Positions 22,846 to 34,576 of a DNA stretch of 64,000 nt are shown in pieces (positions within the stretch are counted from its first letter, which is position 1; each line of letters starts with the position of its first letter). Made by a program: the position numbers and the translations under genes. Source of the stretch: Azolla caroliniana (Eukaryota; Plantae; Polypodiophyta); contig JBHGNT010000027.1 in the NCBI GenBank assembly GCA_043228905.1, forward strand, positions 62,001 to 126,000, in the 5' to 3' direction. The notes beneath the pieces were generated by a model that saw nothing but the letters and a program-made list of their open reading frames with translations, did not search any database and had not been told where the DNA came from.

Positions 22846-23746
22846 ACTTGATTTTTCATGCATGGTTTCACTAACCAAGTACCGAGTTCCGTGTTTTCCA
22901 GCTTGCATTCGTCGTGAGCCAGAGCCAGTCCTTTGTCGATGGAAGACTCGCGGATGAAGCGGTTCATTGCTGCTGCTTTCGTTCCGATACAAATTAGATA
23001 GACCGAGCACTATACATGCCGCTATTGCTTCTATGAAATAAAGTAAATGGGGGGAAGGTCGACCCGCTTTCTACCAGGCGTGCGGAAAGCGATGAAAACC
23101 TAACTAAACTAAAGGTCCAATTTTCTGGCTGCCTTATGGTTGAAGCAATGTTCGGTGGCCCGGCGACTAGTGGATGTGGGACGTGTAACTATCCGATTCT
23201 GAAACGAACGCCGATGGTCTCATTGACCCAATTTACCGAGAGAGAATTCCGCTAACCATCGTAAGGTGATTAGGTCTGCTGGTTTTCATCGGGGCGGTCC
23301 TATGAGATGATTAGAGTGTATCTCATCACATTCCAGATCTATCAAATAATCGATTGTAAAAGAGTAATGGATACGGAGAGTTTGACTCATTGAGAGTAGG
23401 GCGCAGAAAGTCAAGTCTTGCGATACTTCTCAAGCCAGCCCTTCGTGGTGCCTGACGGAATTGTCTAAAGCTGTTCTCGGCTCTGGTAACAGAGTTCGCT
23501 CCGAAGCTGTCTTGGCTTTTTTTTTGGCCCTCACCGCCTCATGAAGACGAATGAATGGGCCGCATAGATATTCTTCTGCTAATCTTCTCGAAAGCGGCGC
23601 AGTAGTAGCATCTAGGTGTGCAAATGGTTGTAGCGGGGGCTAGGTCAGTCAGATCATCCGCAGGTGCGCTTGAATGGAAGTTATTGATCTGGAATTCTTT
23701 CCTATAGAGACCTGGCCGGCCGGGAAGAACCAGTTGATAACCCACG

Positions 23747-23779
<33 letters not shown>

Positions 23780-24047
23780 ACGGCCGAAGAAGCGGTTTTC
23801 ATCGGCATTCTACCTGCCAAAAAGAAAGCAGAGACTTCTGATTCCGCGATTTTGGGCGAAGCGGAAGATGTTGTCAATGAATAAAGGTACAGCTTGCTCG
23901 TTGACATCTCGGAAATATTCTGCCATTGTTGGGGCTAGGTTGAGCCAACTCTCATACGAGCTCTTCAACAGAGCTAGTCCGAAAAATTGATAAACGTTAA
24001 GAACAACCCTCTTTCATGCATGTTGGAACAAAACCCTTCAATTCATC

Positions 24048-24800
24048 ACGGCTTACAGTCTACCGGAATAACCTGCCATTATTCTATCGATTTCCATCCA
24101 TATAGGAAATCCGTATCTTTTATTTATCAATTCCTCTCCATCTATGTCACCCACTACCAGTTTAATCCCGCTCCTAGTTCACTTGGTGACCTCGAATGGA
24201 GGACACTTAGTACTGAATGCTTGGTAATCCCTAGTGGAGATGACTTATGATTTCGTGCCCAATCTAGTGAACGAATAAATTAGTGGCGTTTCGAAATAAT
24301 AGTCTTCTCTCCCGATCCTCGTTACTTTTACCTTTCCATTATTTCGTAATTTGTAAGGTATGGTACTTTATAGTTTTATGGTAATAAGTCATTCTATTAT
24401 TATTTTGGGTTCTCTATTCTCTCTTTCTCTTGGAACTATCGTAGTGGGGTCTTAAACACATGGGCCTCATCCTTTCAGTCTCTTATTACTGCCGGGTGTA
24501 CCTCCACCGTTAGCGCCTTTCCCAGTATTTTCGGAGTTAATCCTCTATCGTTTTCGTGCACTAAGCTTAGGAATATGTTTATTTGCTAATATGATGGCTG
24601 GTTATAGTTCAGTCAAGATTTCGAGTGGCTTTGCTCGGACCATGCTATCCATGAGGGGTATCTTGCTATTAGCACATCTCGCTCTTCTTTCGATCGTATT
24701 TGCATCAACTGGTTTAGAATCAGGTGTAGTTATTTTATAAGCTTATGTCCCTATAATCCCGATTCGTATTCATTTGAATGATGCAATAAACCTTCATTGA
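24048..24800 (+). CDS. atp6: ATP synthase subunit a (ACG start)
   Basis: 753 nt: NAW(Q)SLVEM.YDFV.NLVNE(Q)I...FRALSLGI.LFANMMAG.S.VKI...LE.GV.IL(Q)AYV...LNDAINLH-TGA. Confidence 0.95.
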
Positions 24801-24811
24801 CATGGAAAGAG

Positions 24812-24841
24812 AAACGGTTTGGTTTCGTCACCAAACCGTTC
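24812..24841 (+). terminator. Stem-loop downstream of atp6
   Basis: AAACGGTTTGGT / ACCAAACCGTT inverted repeat, ~10 nt after the stop. Confidence 0.55.
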
Positions 24842-26055
24842 TTTTCTATATTGCAAACAAATCTGCCACGCTTAGCTTATTGGTTCGTTGCAACGCCGTC
24901 TGCCGTTACGTATCGCACCTTACATTACATGGTGGTTTCTTTTTTGGTAAATAATTTTAGTAAGTTTCATCATCATACCTTTTTGATTTGAGGCGGTCAC
25001 TTTACCTACATTGGTAAATGATTTTTGTCCTTATACTCTAACCTGTACAATTATTGTATTGAAAGGTGGTATCTCACATTCTCTTAAATGCTAAGCAAAG
25101 AATAGGTTTGTAATCAAGGGAAATATGACAGATAGTCGTGGGAAATGAAGTAATAACAGAGGAATCGAGTGTTTCATAATTAATGAGAAAAATCATGTGT
25201 CACATCACATAAAAAATGGATTGTCTTTCTAACGGAATACCTCTGGAATACCTTACCTGAAGGGAAATAACGGTACTAGGAAAAGAGAGAGAGATCCTTG
25301 CCTGGGCTGCTGGGAGAGTTTCCCACCTATTTATTCTATTTACGCCCTATAATAAATAAGGGCATTCCGGAGATCGAGGCACCTTGTTGTTGTTGAAGTC
25401 CTTTGACAACAATTCTATCCACGCACTGCCTATTTGTACGCCGAATAGCTAAAAACCAACAGGCTCAAGCTGCTTTCTGCCCAACCTCTTCTTCTTCTTC
25501 TTCTTCTTCTTCCTTAAACTAAATTTAGAGATTTAAGGCGTTACGAATCAAAAAGTCAGAAAAAGATTCCGACGGCCGTAACAGCTCGCAACTACCTGGC
25601 CACCAGCTTCTAGGTTCAAAAAGTAGCGACATGAGCCCCCTAGCGTCTTTCGACGAGCTAACCAGATTTTCCTGAAGAAAAGCTAGTGAACCAAGTCCTC
25701 CTTAGGCATTAGGCCCCGAAGTCTGGAACAGCCGAGGACTGGAACCAGTAACCATCGGTATCTGGCGTATATCAAGTACTACCCTTTCCAGTGCCCTAAT
25801 GATGTCTGAAAAGACAGAATAAACAGCCTTAAACTTTCAAATACTAGGTCCAAGGCCTCCATCCTGCCAAGACGACAGATTGCACAAGAAAGGGCCGAAT
25901 GATTCAATATCCGACTCTTCTTTTAATATCTCAGCACGTGACGATATGTCCAGGACGCAAGTTAGCGTGAACTTTCGGCGTGGGTATTGTACTTATGCCC
26001 AACAACCAACAAAATTGAAGATCAAATAAACTACAGCAATTAATAGCAAACATAT

Positions 26056-26196
26056 CTAGGTTGCTTGGACTGGTTCTCGAAAGAAAATAATAGGTGACCG
26101 GAGTATAGTGAACTCCGGCCGGCCTGAAGGATCCCTAAGTGGTAGATAAGACCACGAAAATATTTTAATAGTGATTTCTAATTTATGTCAACGCAT
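26056..26196 (-). pseudogene. Possible rps10 remnant
   Basis: M..HKLEITIKIF...FTILRSP.IFFREP weakly resembles S10 motifs KI.IVI.SF and TVLRSPHIDKKSREQF, with deletions. Confidence 0.35.
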
Positions 26197-27142
26197 AGTT
26201 TTCTCCTCTCCTCTCCTCTCCTCTCCTCTCCTCTCCAGCGGCTCTGTCGTCGCTACATGTAATTTGAAAGCAGCACTGTTTCATCTTAAGATTTATGGCT
26301 TGTTTAAAGTAATCGAAATTACCGTACACTTTATCGATTACAAACCCACACAAAGATGTCACTACGACATTGTAGTGATCTACTAGGACTTTCCTTCGTG
26401 CGTGAAAATTACTAGCTTTCTTCGCTCCTACAATGGGGGGACAACCTCTCTTTCCACTTCTTCAAGAAAAAGGAGTGCTCAACAGGAAGGAATAGGATCC
26501 CCTTCTTTTCTTTTCTTTTCTTTTCTTGCGGCACCCAATGATACGCGTTATATATCTCTTCTTTAGGGGCCTTGAAGCCCAGCTGCTTTTCAAGATACTC
26601 CCTTGGCTCTGCTGCTGTTTCGATGTACCCGCATAATACTATACTGCATCTTAATGTCATCTACCACCTTGATGGTCTTTAGTAGCGCTAGGGTTCTATT
26701 GTCGTACAGTGAGAATATAGCTCCGCTATAAGGTTCTTGAACAGGAACTCAGGATGAACCAGCGGATGACCCAATGACTCAAACAGGGTCTTCTTATACA
26801 TATCTGATAGAGCTTTTGATACTGCGTGGTCTGAGAATCACTGTATACAGCGGCTTTTTCAGGAAAGCAAGCCTCTTCGCAGCAAGCATGGAAAACCACC
26901 TTATCACTCAGCAATGTGCATTGGTTGCTATCCGAGCAATTAGGGTTGGGTTTGACCAACTCTCTCTTGGAAAGCGAGAATTCTCGCCTCGTCACACTAC
27001 ACTATCAAGTCAAAGTTCCCAGACATGACCTTCCGGAGAAACTGGTAAATAGAATACGCGGTACGCCTGCGGCTCTCGGCGCCTCGACTGGATCCAGACC
27101 CCGCATTGGAACTTTCCTACGTAGGGAAATAACTATTTAGTT

Positions 27143-27210
27143 TGGGAGAGTGGTTCCCGGAATAATGATCTCTAAGAGCAAAAGTTGAGGGTTCGAATCC
27201 CATTTTCTCT
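27143..27210 (+). pseudogene. Degenerate tRNA remnant
   Basis: GGGAGAGTGG start and GGGTTCGAATCCC T arm; no credible anticodon arm. Confidence 0.35.
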
Positions 27211-27724
27211 TCTCTGAATTACGAGAGTGATACGAGTTGCTGTCTGCTGCTCTTGCCAACCCATTTCGTGAAATTCCCCTCTAGCTCAAGAAACGAGGTC
27301 ATAGCCGAGCGGCAGGCCCGCCCTGCGTACTTCTCAACTCCTGAATAAGGAGCTCGAATCTACTGATCCGAGCATTCGCTCGTATTCTGAAAGATGTGTC
27401 GTACTAGAGGTGCCAATCAAGCAAGCGCAATCAACAACCCGTCTCCTTGGGGTTCTTGCAGAGAACAGGGTAAGGCGGCCAGAGGAGCGGAATGAAGTTT
27501 CAAGATGATGAGGTAGCCGGCTCTCGAGAAAGCGACTTCTCTCTAGCGCCGATACGATCGAAGTGGTAAACCAAAAGTGAACCTGCCAACGACACACCTT
27601 TATGTATGACATAGTTTCGACAGGACGGGATGTCTTAGATAAAGCCTAAACTCTGTAAAAAGAAGAAAGGGGGGCACGCACGCACGCACGCACGCACGCA
27701 CGTATAAACAATAGCTCCTCCCGC

Positions 27725-27769
<45 letters not shown>

Positions 27770-27809
27770 TGTTTGCCCATATGATACGTGTTGCATATGG
27801 AACGAGGAT

Positions 27810-27882
27810 GGGGGCGTAGTTCAATCGGTAGAACGCATGTTTTGCAAGTATGAAGTTATCGGTTCAAGTCCGATCGTCTCCA
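27810..27882 (+). tRNA. trnA-UGC: tRNA-Ala(UGC)
   Basis: GGGGGCG/CGTCTCC with G3-U70, CATGT-TT-TGC-AA-GTATG. Confidence 0.9.
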
Positions 27883-27995
27883 TTCGTATACAGATTGGCA
27901 CATTAGATAGAAATCCAGCAGATCCCCCGCCCGGTTCCCCGGGCGACATACGTGCGGACAAAGAGCTGCCTGCCCTCACGGGCAAGCTAACCCGC

Positions 27996-28105
27996 CGGTT
28001 CATCCGGATGAAAACCAACCGGTTCATCCGGATGAAAACCAACCGGTTCATCAAACCCGCCAACCCCTTTTTCATCATGAAGGCCTTCATGATGATGAAA
28101 ACCGC
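27996..28105. repeat. Longest copy of the dispersed palindromic element
   Basis: Two tandem CCGGTTCATCCGGATGAAAACCAA modules, then CAAACCCGCCAACCCCTTTTT and the core palindrome. Confidence 0.85.
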
Positions 28106-28439
28106 ACGCAGATTATGGCCGGAATTGCCAGGGCAGGCTTGTTGCCTGCGCGCACGCACCCCTTCATGCGGAATTCATTGAAACCAGACACACACGGCAC
28201 GAAGGCGAGAATTTTGATATCAGGACCAGCGAGCGTGCACTACCTCCCGACCTAACTTTTCTTTTCACTCCCGCCGGATGATGAAAACCGCTTCTTACCG
28301 CCCGCTTCTTTTCTTCGGGCACGAGTCCAGAAATGCATGCTGGTGGCGCCCGCCCTTTTGCTTGCCTGCATGAAGGCCAAGAAACTGCCATGAATATCGA
28401 GAACAGACAAGGAAGAGCAACAGAATATAAGTACGATTT

Positions 28440-29003
28440 ACGCGCGAATTGATTTTATTTGCTATTTCAATTTCTAGCGTTTTGAGTTTGGAATGAATAA
28501 TAATATATAATGAGGAAATATTAGTAGCTGTTCGTCTAGTGGGTTTTGTTTCCCTTAGTCAAAACACTCTAAGTGACATTTTCAGAGCGACTTTTAGGGC
28601 AAAAAGCGAAGCTATTTAAACAGATTTATAGCATTTTCCCAGTTCCTAGGAAGCTCTGTGGTCTGAGCCCGAGGAATGGCATGAATTACTATTACTCAGT
28701 CTGCGTTTAAGTACGTAAATGATTGCGGAATCCTTTTTCAATGGGATAGTGGAGCGTCGCGCATTGTCGTACGAATAAACAGTATAAGCCTCGCTGTGTT
28801 AAGAAATGGAACTTTAGTTGAAAGCACCGTTAGCCATTTGAGAGCATTCTCGCCTCTGAGAATAAGACGAGATAGTGAGTCGTTCCCGCTCTCCAGTCAG
28901 TGACGAATTTGGCGGCTTTTCCAGCAGCAGTGGAACGAAACATCAGTCCACACTGATCTAACCGAGCATGGTTTTCTTAGAAGGAGGGAAAGGGGGATTC
29001 CAG
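28440..29003 (+). CDS. atp4: ATP synthase subunit b (ACG start; end assumes CAG edited to UAG, otherwise reads to 29267)
   Basis: (M)RELILFAI.I.SVLS...IIIYNEEILVA...VGFV..SQ...DEF.....KHQS.LI(Q).SMV.L. Confidence 0.88.
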
Positions 29004-29405
29004 GAGTTAGCTGACACTTCCAAAGGAGGGGAGGAAAGCCGTAGGGAAAACTGCAGCGAAAAGAGCTCGGGTCCGCCCTATGCATGTAATAATGCTGCCC
29101 ATGACTGGAGTAGCGAAATTATTGTCAAAAAGAGCAAGCAGAGCTCTTCTTTTCTTTTCTTTCCGCGCTGGCTGAGATGGATGATAATCCTTTGGCCCTG
29201 CCTTTCCTTTCACGGTTGTCTTGCCGCTGGGTGTCCTGGCAGAACCTTGCCATTCCACTCGTGGTAGGTGGTGAAATCTCTGTCTAAATCATCGAAGAAA
29301 AGTCGAGTCGATTTTTTCGTGCGTGCTGCATCGGTAAAAAACCCCCTAGGAATATGTCGTCTATTTGCCTGCCAACAAAACGATTACACTTCAGTCATAC
29401 CTTTC

Positions 29406-29522
29406 AGTTCAGTGTTGCTCGAACTATGCTATCCATGATGGGTAGCACATCCTGCTCTTCTGTATCCACATCAATCGGTCCAGAACCAGGTGTAGCTATT
29501 TGAAAAGTTTATGTCCTTAATC
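29406..29522 (+). pseudogene. Degenerate atp6 3' fragment (inverted copy at 63175-63291)
   Basis: Aligns with deletions to ~24607-24760 (TTGCTCG.AC.ATGCTATCCATGA...AGAA.CAGGTGTAG.TATTT). Confidence 0.75.
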
Positions 29523-29614
29523 TTTCAAGGAGAAAAATATGGCTGCTTTGCCCTCAACAGATCCATCGACTCCATTACTTGAGAGGGCTAACAGCCAGCC
29601 AGCCAGCCAGCAGT

Positions 29615-29688
29615 GGGCTTATAGTTTAATTGGTTGAAACGTACCGCTCATAACGGTAATATTGTAGGTTCGAGCCCTACTAAGCCTA
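29615..29688 (+). tRNA. trnI-CAU: tRNA-Ile(CAU), lysidine type
   Basis: GGGCTTATAGTTTAATTGGTT...TACCG-CT-CAT-AA-CGGTA...TAAGCCTA. Confidence 0.9.
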
Positions 29689-29791
29689 TTTACTTGCCAT
29701 ACCTAACTCGCCAGTCTTTCACTACTTTGCTGCGCCCAGCAAGCAAATTCCGTTCTCTGAGCTTTGCTTCTCTTCCTTGGTTACCACTGTA

Positions 29792-29863
29792 TGGAGTATA
29801 GCCAAGCGGTAAGGCATCGGTTTTTGATACCGACACGCAAAGGTTCGAATCCTTTTACTCCAG
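29792..29863 (+). tRNA. trnQ-UUG: tRNA-Gln(UUG), native type
   Basis: TGGAGTA/TACTCCA-G, TCGGT-TT-TTG-AT-ACCGA. Confidence 0.92.
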
Positions 29864-30617
29864 GATCCTAAGGCGGCATTCAAAGCATTGCTCATTCATA
29901 GCCTTCTTGTCTGAGTCATTCTTCTCACTCGGCTTGGAAGGCATCGCCGCCTTTCATCGGCAACGCCGCATGCCTCGCTCTTCTTTCTTGGAGAAACGTT
30001 GCCTTTACGGAACGGATACTTCTTGCATGCATTAAGCCATGCGAAGAAGGAATGAGTGCAACCAAGTGCTACCATGTGCAAGGACTAGGCGAAGCGATGG
30101 ACCCCGCACAGACAGTTAAACAAACGCCTTCAGCGATGAACCGCAGGCAGTGAGATACCAAAGATATGATCTATTGAGCAAGATCCAAGATCGACTGAGC
30201 CTGGAGTGATGGGATCTGAAAAACCAACCTATAGAGATAGGCCCAAGGTCTGACTTGGCTAGCTGTTCTGAAAGAAATAGGTGCGGAAAATCTAATTTGG
30301 TAATGTTTCAATGGAAATCCAACTAGATAGTGGCGAAGCTACGTCATTTTACTCTGATGCGTATCCTAACATACATACATACATAATAGTACCATGTACG
30401 GCATCGGTACTGATACCGATGGTTCTTTTGAATTATATGCCGCCTGTTCTACTCCAACATCCTCGAGATCTGGAAAGCAGAGTATTATGGATGAGGAAGA
30501 ACCCTGGCAATAGACATGTATGGACTTGGAGAGAGGCCTATTCTAGGTCGTCTCGACTATTCCGGTGATAAAACAAGGTAAAGAGACCCGCAACCTCTTC
30601 GTACCAAGCCAGGTAAT

Positions 30618-30690
30618 CAGGAGAAAAGGGATTCGAACCCTTAACCTTTGGTTTTGGAGACCATTGTTCTACCATTGGAACTATTCTCCT
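30618..30690 (-). tRNA. trnW-CCA: tRNA-Trp(CCA)
   Basis: AGGAGAA/TTCTCCT-G, TGGT-CT-CCA-AA-ACCA. Confidence 0.92.
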
Positions 30691-30764
30691 GAAATTAAAT
30701 AATTACTTACGAGCCGGCCGGTTACTTTGCCTTTATTCCTTGGCGTTGAACCGTGCGGCTTCAT

Positions 30765-30796
<32 letters not shown>

Positions 30797-31444
30797 AAGG
30801 CGGTTCATGCGGAAGAAGCGGTTCATCGTGCTTGCTTCATGTGGATTTCTAGGCCTTCATGCGGTGATATACAACGGCAGCAAGCAAGCAAGCAAGCAAG
30901 CAAGCATGAAGGCCGATATCGTCGTTCTTTGGCTTGTGCCTGCCTTTTGGCCGGCTTCATCCGGCCGGGCCGGGCCGGGCCGGGCCGGGCCGCCGCCCCT
31001 ATTTATTTGATGAATCCCGTCCCGCAGTTTATGCTAAGACAGTGTGCGAGGGGCGCATATAGTCAGCTGCTCACAACCAACCTACTTTCGTCTTGAAATG
31101 CCTTCTTAAGGCACTTTCCTCTCACTAGGTGAAAAGAAAGGAGTTTGCAGAAACGAATTGGAAAGGACCTCAAAGAAAGCAGCAAACCAATGGTACGCTA
31201 ATTTACTTGGTCCTATCGATTTCTCACGTTAATAATAACCAAACGTGAAGTGGCCCGGTTAAGGTAGGGTTGTAGCGCCTGAAATTGCCTACCTCTATGT
31301 ATGAAGAAGATAATGAACCAAATGTCATCTAGCAGCGCCATACCACTTAAATGAGATTAAGGTTTGGCTCCGACACTCCAACATGCCGACCGAGAATTCC
31401 CGGAGAACAACACCGTTCTATGAAACATTCAAGGAAGGTTTGTG

Positions 31445-31518
31445 TGCACCGAAGGGGACTTGAACCTCTAACCACCTGGTTCGAAGCCAGGTACTCTATC
31501 CGATTGAGCTATCGGTGC
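31445..31518 (-). tRNA. trnR-UCG: tRNA-Arg(UCG), chlamydial-type
   Basis: GCACCGATAGCTCAATCGGATAGAGTACCTGGCTTCGAACCAGG...TCGGTGCA; type assigned from recalled similarity. Confidence 0.9.
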
Positions 31519-31856
31519 TGCCTGCTGCTTTCAGAACACGCTTTCCCTGTCTATCTTTGGTAGGCGATTTGCTGGTTTCTGGAGCACCGCTTGTTTAGCA
31601 GGTGGATCCAGAGTGCCAAAGAAAAGAAGAGCGGTTTTCCGCTTCTTCCGCCGGCCGCAGGTCAGCCTCTGAGGGCGCATCCCGGGCTTGTCCACGTCAA
31701 CGCTATAGGTGACTTGTTCAGGAGGCAGCTTTTCTTTTCGGGCTGGTCCTCGTGGATGGTTCTCTAACCTTCCACACACTGTTAAGGAATGACCTAGTCA
31801 TGTAATAGGGTCTCTTAAAGGAAATTATGCGGGTAGGTACTTGCAGCTCATAGAGG

Positions 31857-31891
<35 letters not shown>

Positions 31892-33058
31892 CGGGTGTTG
31901 AGACTTCGCCAGCCCAGCCCAGCCCAGCCCAGCCCAGCCAACATGGGTGCTGCTTTCGCGCTCCTATGCAGCAGCAGAAAGCCATTCTGTTAATGAAAGC
32001 GGCGAGTCATGCCACGATGAACCGCTTCATCGAAAAGCGTTAGTGAAAAGTACAGCGCGCAGCCGGAATATTATTATTATTCGTTACTCATTTCATGACT
32101 GAAGCGCCAGCCAAAAAAACAAAACAAACAAAAAACTAGCACCTTTGAAAACAAAAGTGGTAGGGCCAGGAAGCCACCTGGCAATAGGAAAGTGCACGAA
32201 TCGAGATCCGGCCTCTCCTCATTACGAAGAACCGGCAGATTCAGGTAGCTTGCCGGCCAAGTGAAGTGGTAGCTTGCCTAAGGCAGGTTCCTGTTCTTAC
32301 AAGGGGTCTTCCGGGCTTCTGACAATGAATTTTCGAGGATTCTAGGGATAACATTGTTGAGCGAACACTGGACGTTGACATTTATAGGAAGGTACTACTT
32401 TGGGCGATCTTCAACAAAGTTGTGCTAATAGGCCTTCAAGCAAGTAGGAACCTGTATGTCGATAAGGTTTGTGCCTTGTTTAGGGATAGGTATCCGCTCT
32501 TGAAAATCACCGGCCCGCCCCTTCCACCCATCATAGTGCCCCCTCGTCCGTTACTTTACCTCAGTGCTCTCCTGCCCGCGTAACATTATGAAAGGGTTGA
32601 GAACAGCAACGGCGACGGTATAGCAAGAGAAAGCTAGAGAGAAAGGGCTATGGGAATGTGAAGGACTCCCTTCGTTGAAAAAGAAAGTGTCGATTGTCTA
32701 TTCTTTAGGCACTCGCGGGAGACTAATCTCTCCTAGAGAACACGTGTGGGAAGTATTCGTTTCTAATAATCCCAAAGTCTTTAAGGTTTTGACCATTTTG
32801 TGTAACCATTAGGATGCTCCGAAAACACTGGAGTACAGGAAGGAAACACTGGTGTCAAAGCATTCTTTGGGAACCACATCCTGTTCTTCCTAGATGGATG
32901 ATTTGCCCCGTTTGATGCCGTCGTGTGAAAGTTGTTTTCATGATTTAGGAATTCAACTGATTTTAGGTAATCCATCTTTATGTGGCACGACATGAAAGGT
33001 GCTATGAAAAACACGTAACCGACCGAATTACGTGAAATGGATAAATCAATCTGGTTAG

Positions 33059-33196
33059 GGCATTCTTTAGAACTTACTTCAGGAAGAATCATCCAGGGCT
33101 GCGGTTGCGGTTTCTTCTTTCTTGTATTCATAACTTTTTTCTATTGCTTTTTCGGCGAAAAGGCAAGCAAGTTTTACCTGACTTAACTGAAAAGCC
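33059..33196 (+). repeat. 138-bp repeat (= 45357-45494; inverted copy 59501-59638)
   Basis: GGCATTCTTTAGAACTTAC...TTAACTGAAAAGCC identical at offset 12298. Confidence 0.93.
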
Positions 33197-33217
33197 TAGA
33201 AGTGTTTGTAATGCACA

Positions 33218-33291
33218 GCATCCTTAGCTCAGTCGGATAGAGCAACAACCTTCTAAGTTGAAGGTCACAGGTTCAAGTCCTGTAGGATGCG
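33218..33291 (+). tRNA. trnR-UCU: tRNA-Arg(UCU)
   Basis: GCATCCT/AGGATGC-G, CAAC-CT-TCT-AA-GTTG. Confidence 0.93.
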
Positions 33292-33511
33292 GAAAGTGCA
33301 CATTAGATTATATACCTACGGAATGCTTTGCCCTTGTTCAGGGCGGGCTAGCGGGTTCTTCCTTTCAACCGAACCTGCATCATGCTTCGGTCACTTTTCG
33401 CTATATTGGTATATGGGATTACTTGCCCCTTTTCACTTCTTTTTAAACAGCCATGATTATAAAGAACCAATCTCACTACGATTTTTATGAAACGAAGAAA
33501 GACTTTTTCTT

Positions 33512-33814
33512 ACGGATCTGGTCAAATATTTGACATTTTCCATGATTTCCTCTCTTTCAGGTATTCAGGGAATTCTCTCAAATAGAAGGAATATTACTAT
33601 TATGCCGACGCTAATTGAGTTAATGTTATTGGCTGTCAATTTGAACTCTCCGGTATTTTCTGTCTATTCGGATGATATGATGGGTTAATCACTCACTTTA
33701 CTAGTGTTAACGGTGGCAGTTGCGGAATTCGCAATTGGGCTGGCCATTCCGGTGGTAACTTCTCGAATTCGCGGGACCATTGCCGTGGAATTTCCTAATC
33801 GCATGAAAGGTCGA
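33512..33814 (+). CDS. nad4L: NADH dehydrogenase subunit 4L (ACG start, CGA predicted edited to stop)
   Basis: 303 nt: (M)[11 protein letters not shown]...[11 protein letters not shown]...DDMMG(Q)...LTVA.AE.AIGLAI...[14 protein letters not shown]. Confidence 0.94.
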
Positions 33815-33877
33815 GCACCATTAAACTCATTGCACTTCGTTTTTCCTTCTTGAATACGAAGTATACTTTGGCATTAA

Positions 33878-33956
33878 GGGAGGAGATACGATTCGAATCT
33901 CTCTTTTGAAAGCGGATTTACTGAAATCAAACGCTTTTTTCATTCGGCCACTTCCC
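33878..33956 (-). pseudogene. Degenerate trnY-like remnant (copy at 58741-58819 +)
   Basis: GGGAAGTGGCCGA..AAAAGCG..GTAAATCCGCT..TTCGAATC..CTCCC with broken stems. Confidence 0.45.
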
Positions 33957-34535
33957 GCTTCGACTTTCCGAGCCAAGATTAGGGTTTATTTTGATATATG
34001 AACCCGGGCATATACGGGCTTTATGAGGTTTTTTCATAAAACGAAATACTCCCGATAGAAAAGTAGGGTCCCATTCACCTTATTCGCTTGCACCACCGGC
34101 TTGCTAGAGGCTCTACCGTTTCCGAAGTAATAACTTTTAATATATTAAGAAGAACAAAATAGAATCACCATGGCTAATACTTACTCTTTTACAGTCTGTC
34201 AGACTTTAAACGGCTTCTTTTCTTTTCTTTTCTTTTCTTTCGGGCCTCGCCCAAGAAAGAAAGCCGGATCAAGCCAGTTATAGGCTATAAACGTAACAAT
34301 TGTTATTTGGATTTTCTTATTTACACGCCTGAAGTATCAGGCAACTGTTTGAGGTCCCACGCAGCAGCAGCACGGTCTCGCTGATTTGTTTAGTCGAACG
34401 AAAAGGTGTCGCAAAAGAGTTTGATGAGGTCCAATGGCCTCGTATATTTTGCTTATTCAACACTCACTGGAAGATCCTGCTACGCTACCGAGGCTGTGGG
34501 CATTGCTAATTCTTTGCCTCTTTGGAGTTCCCCTT

Positions 34536-34576
<41 letters not shown>

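Noticed and set aside
27996-28105. CRISPR-like reading of the palindromic repeats
   Set aside because: No regular repeat-spacer period, no cas genes, organellar context.
29870-30600. Possible retroelement or rRNA fragment
   Set aside because: I could not find a convincing motif by eye.
33295-33495. Possible tatC or sdh4 remnant between trnR-UCU and nad4L
   Set aside because: Similarity too weak to support.
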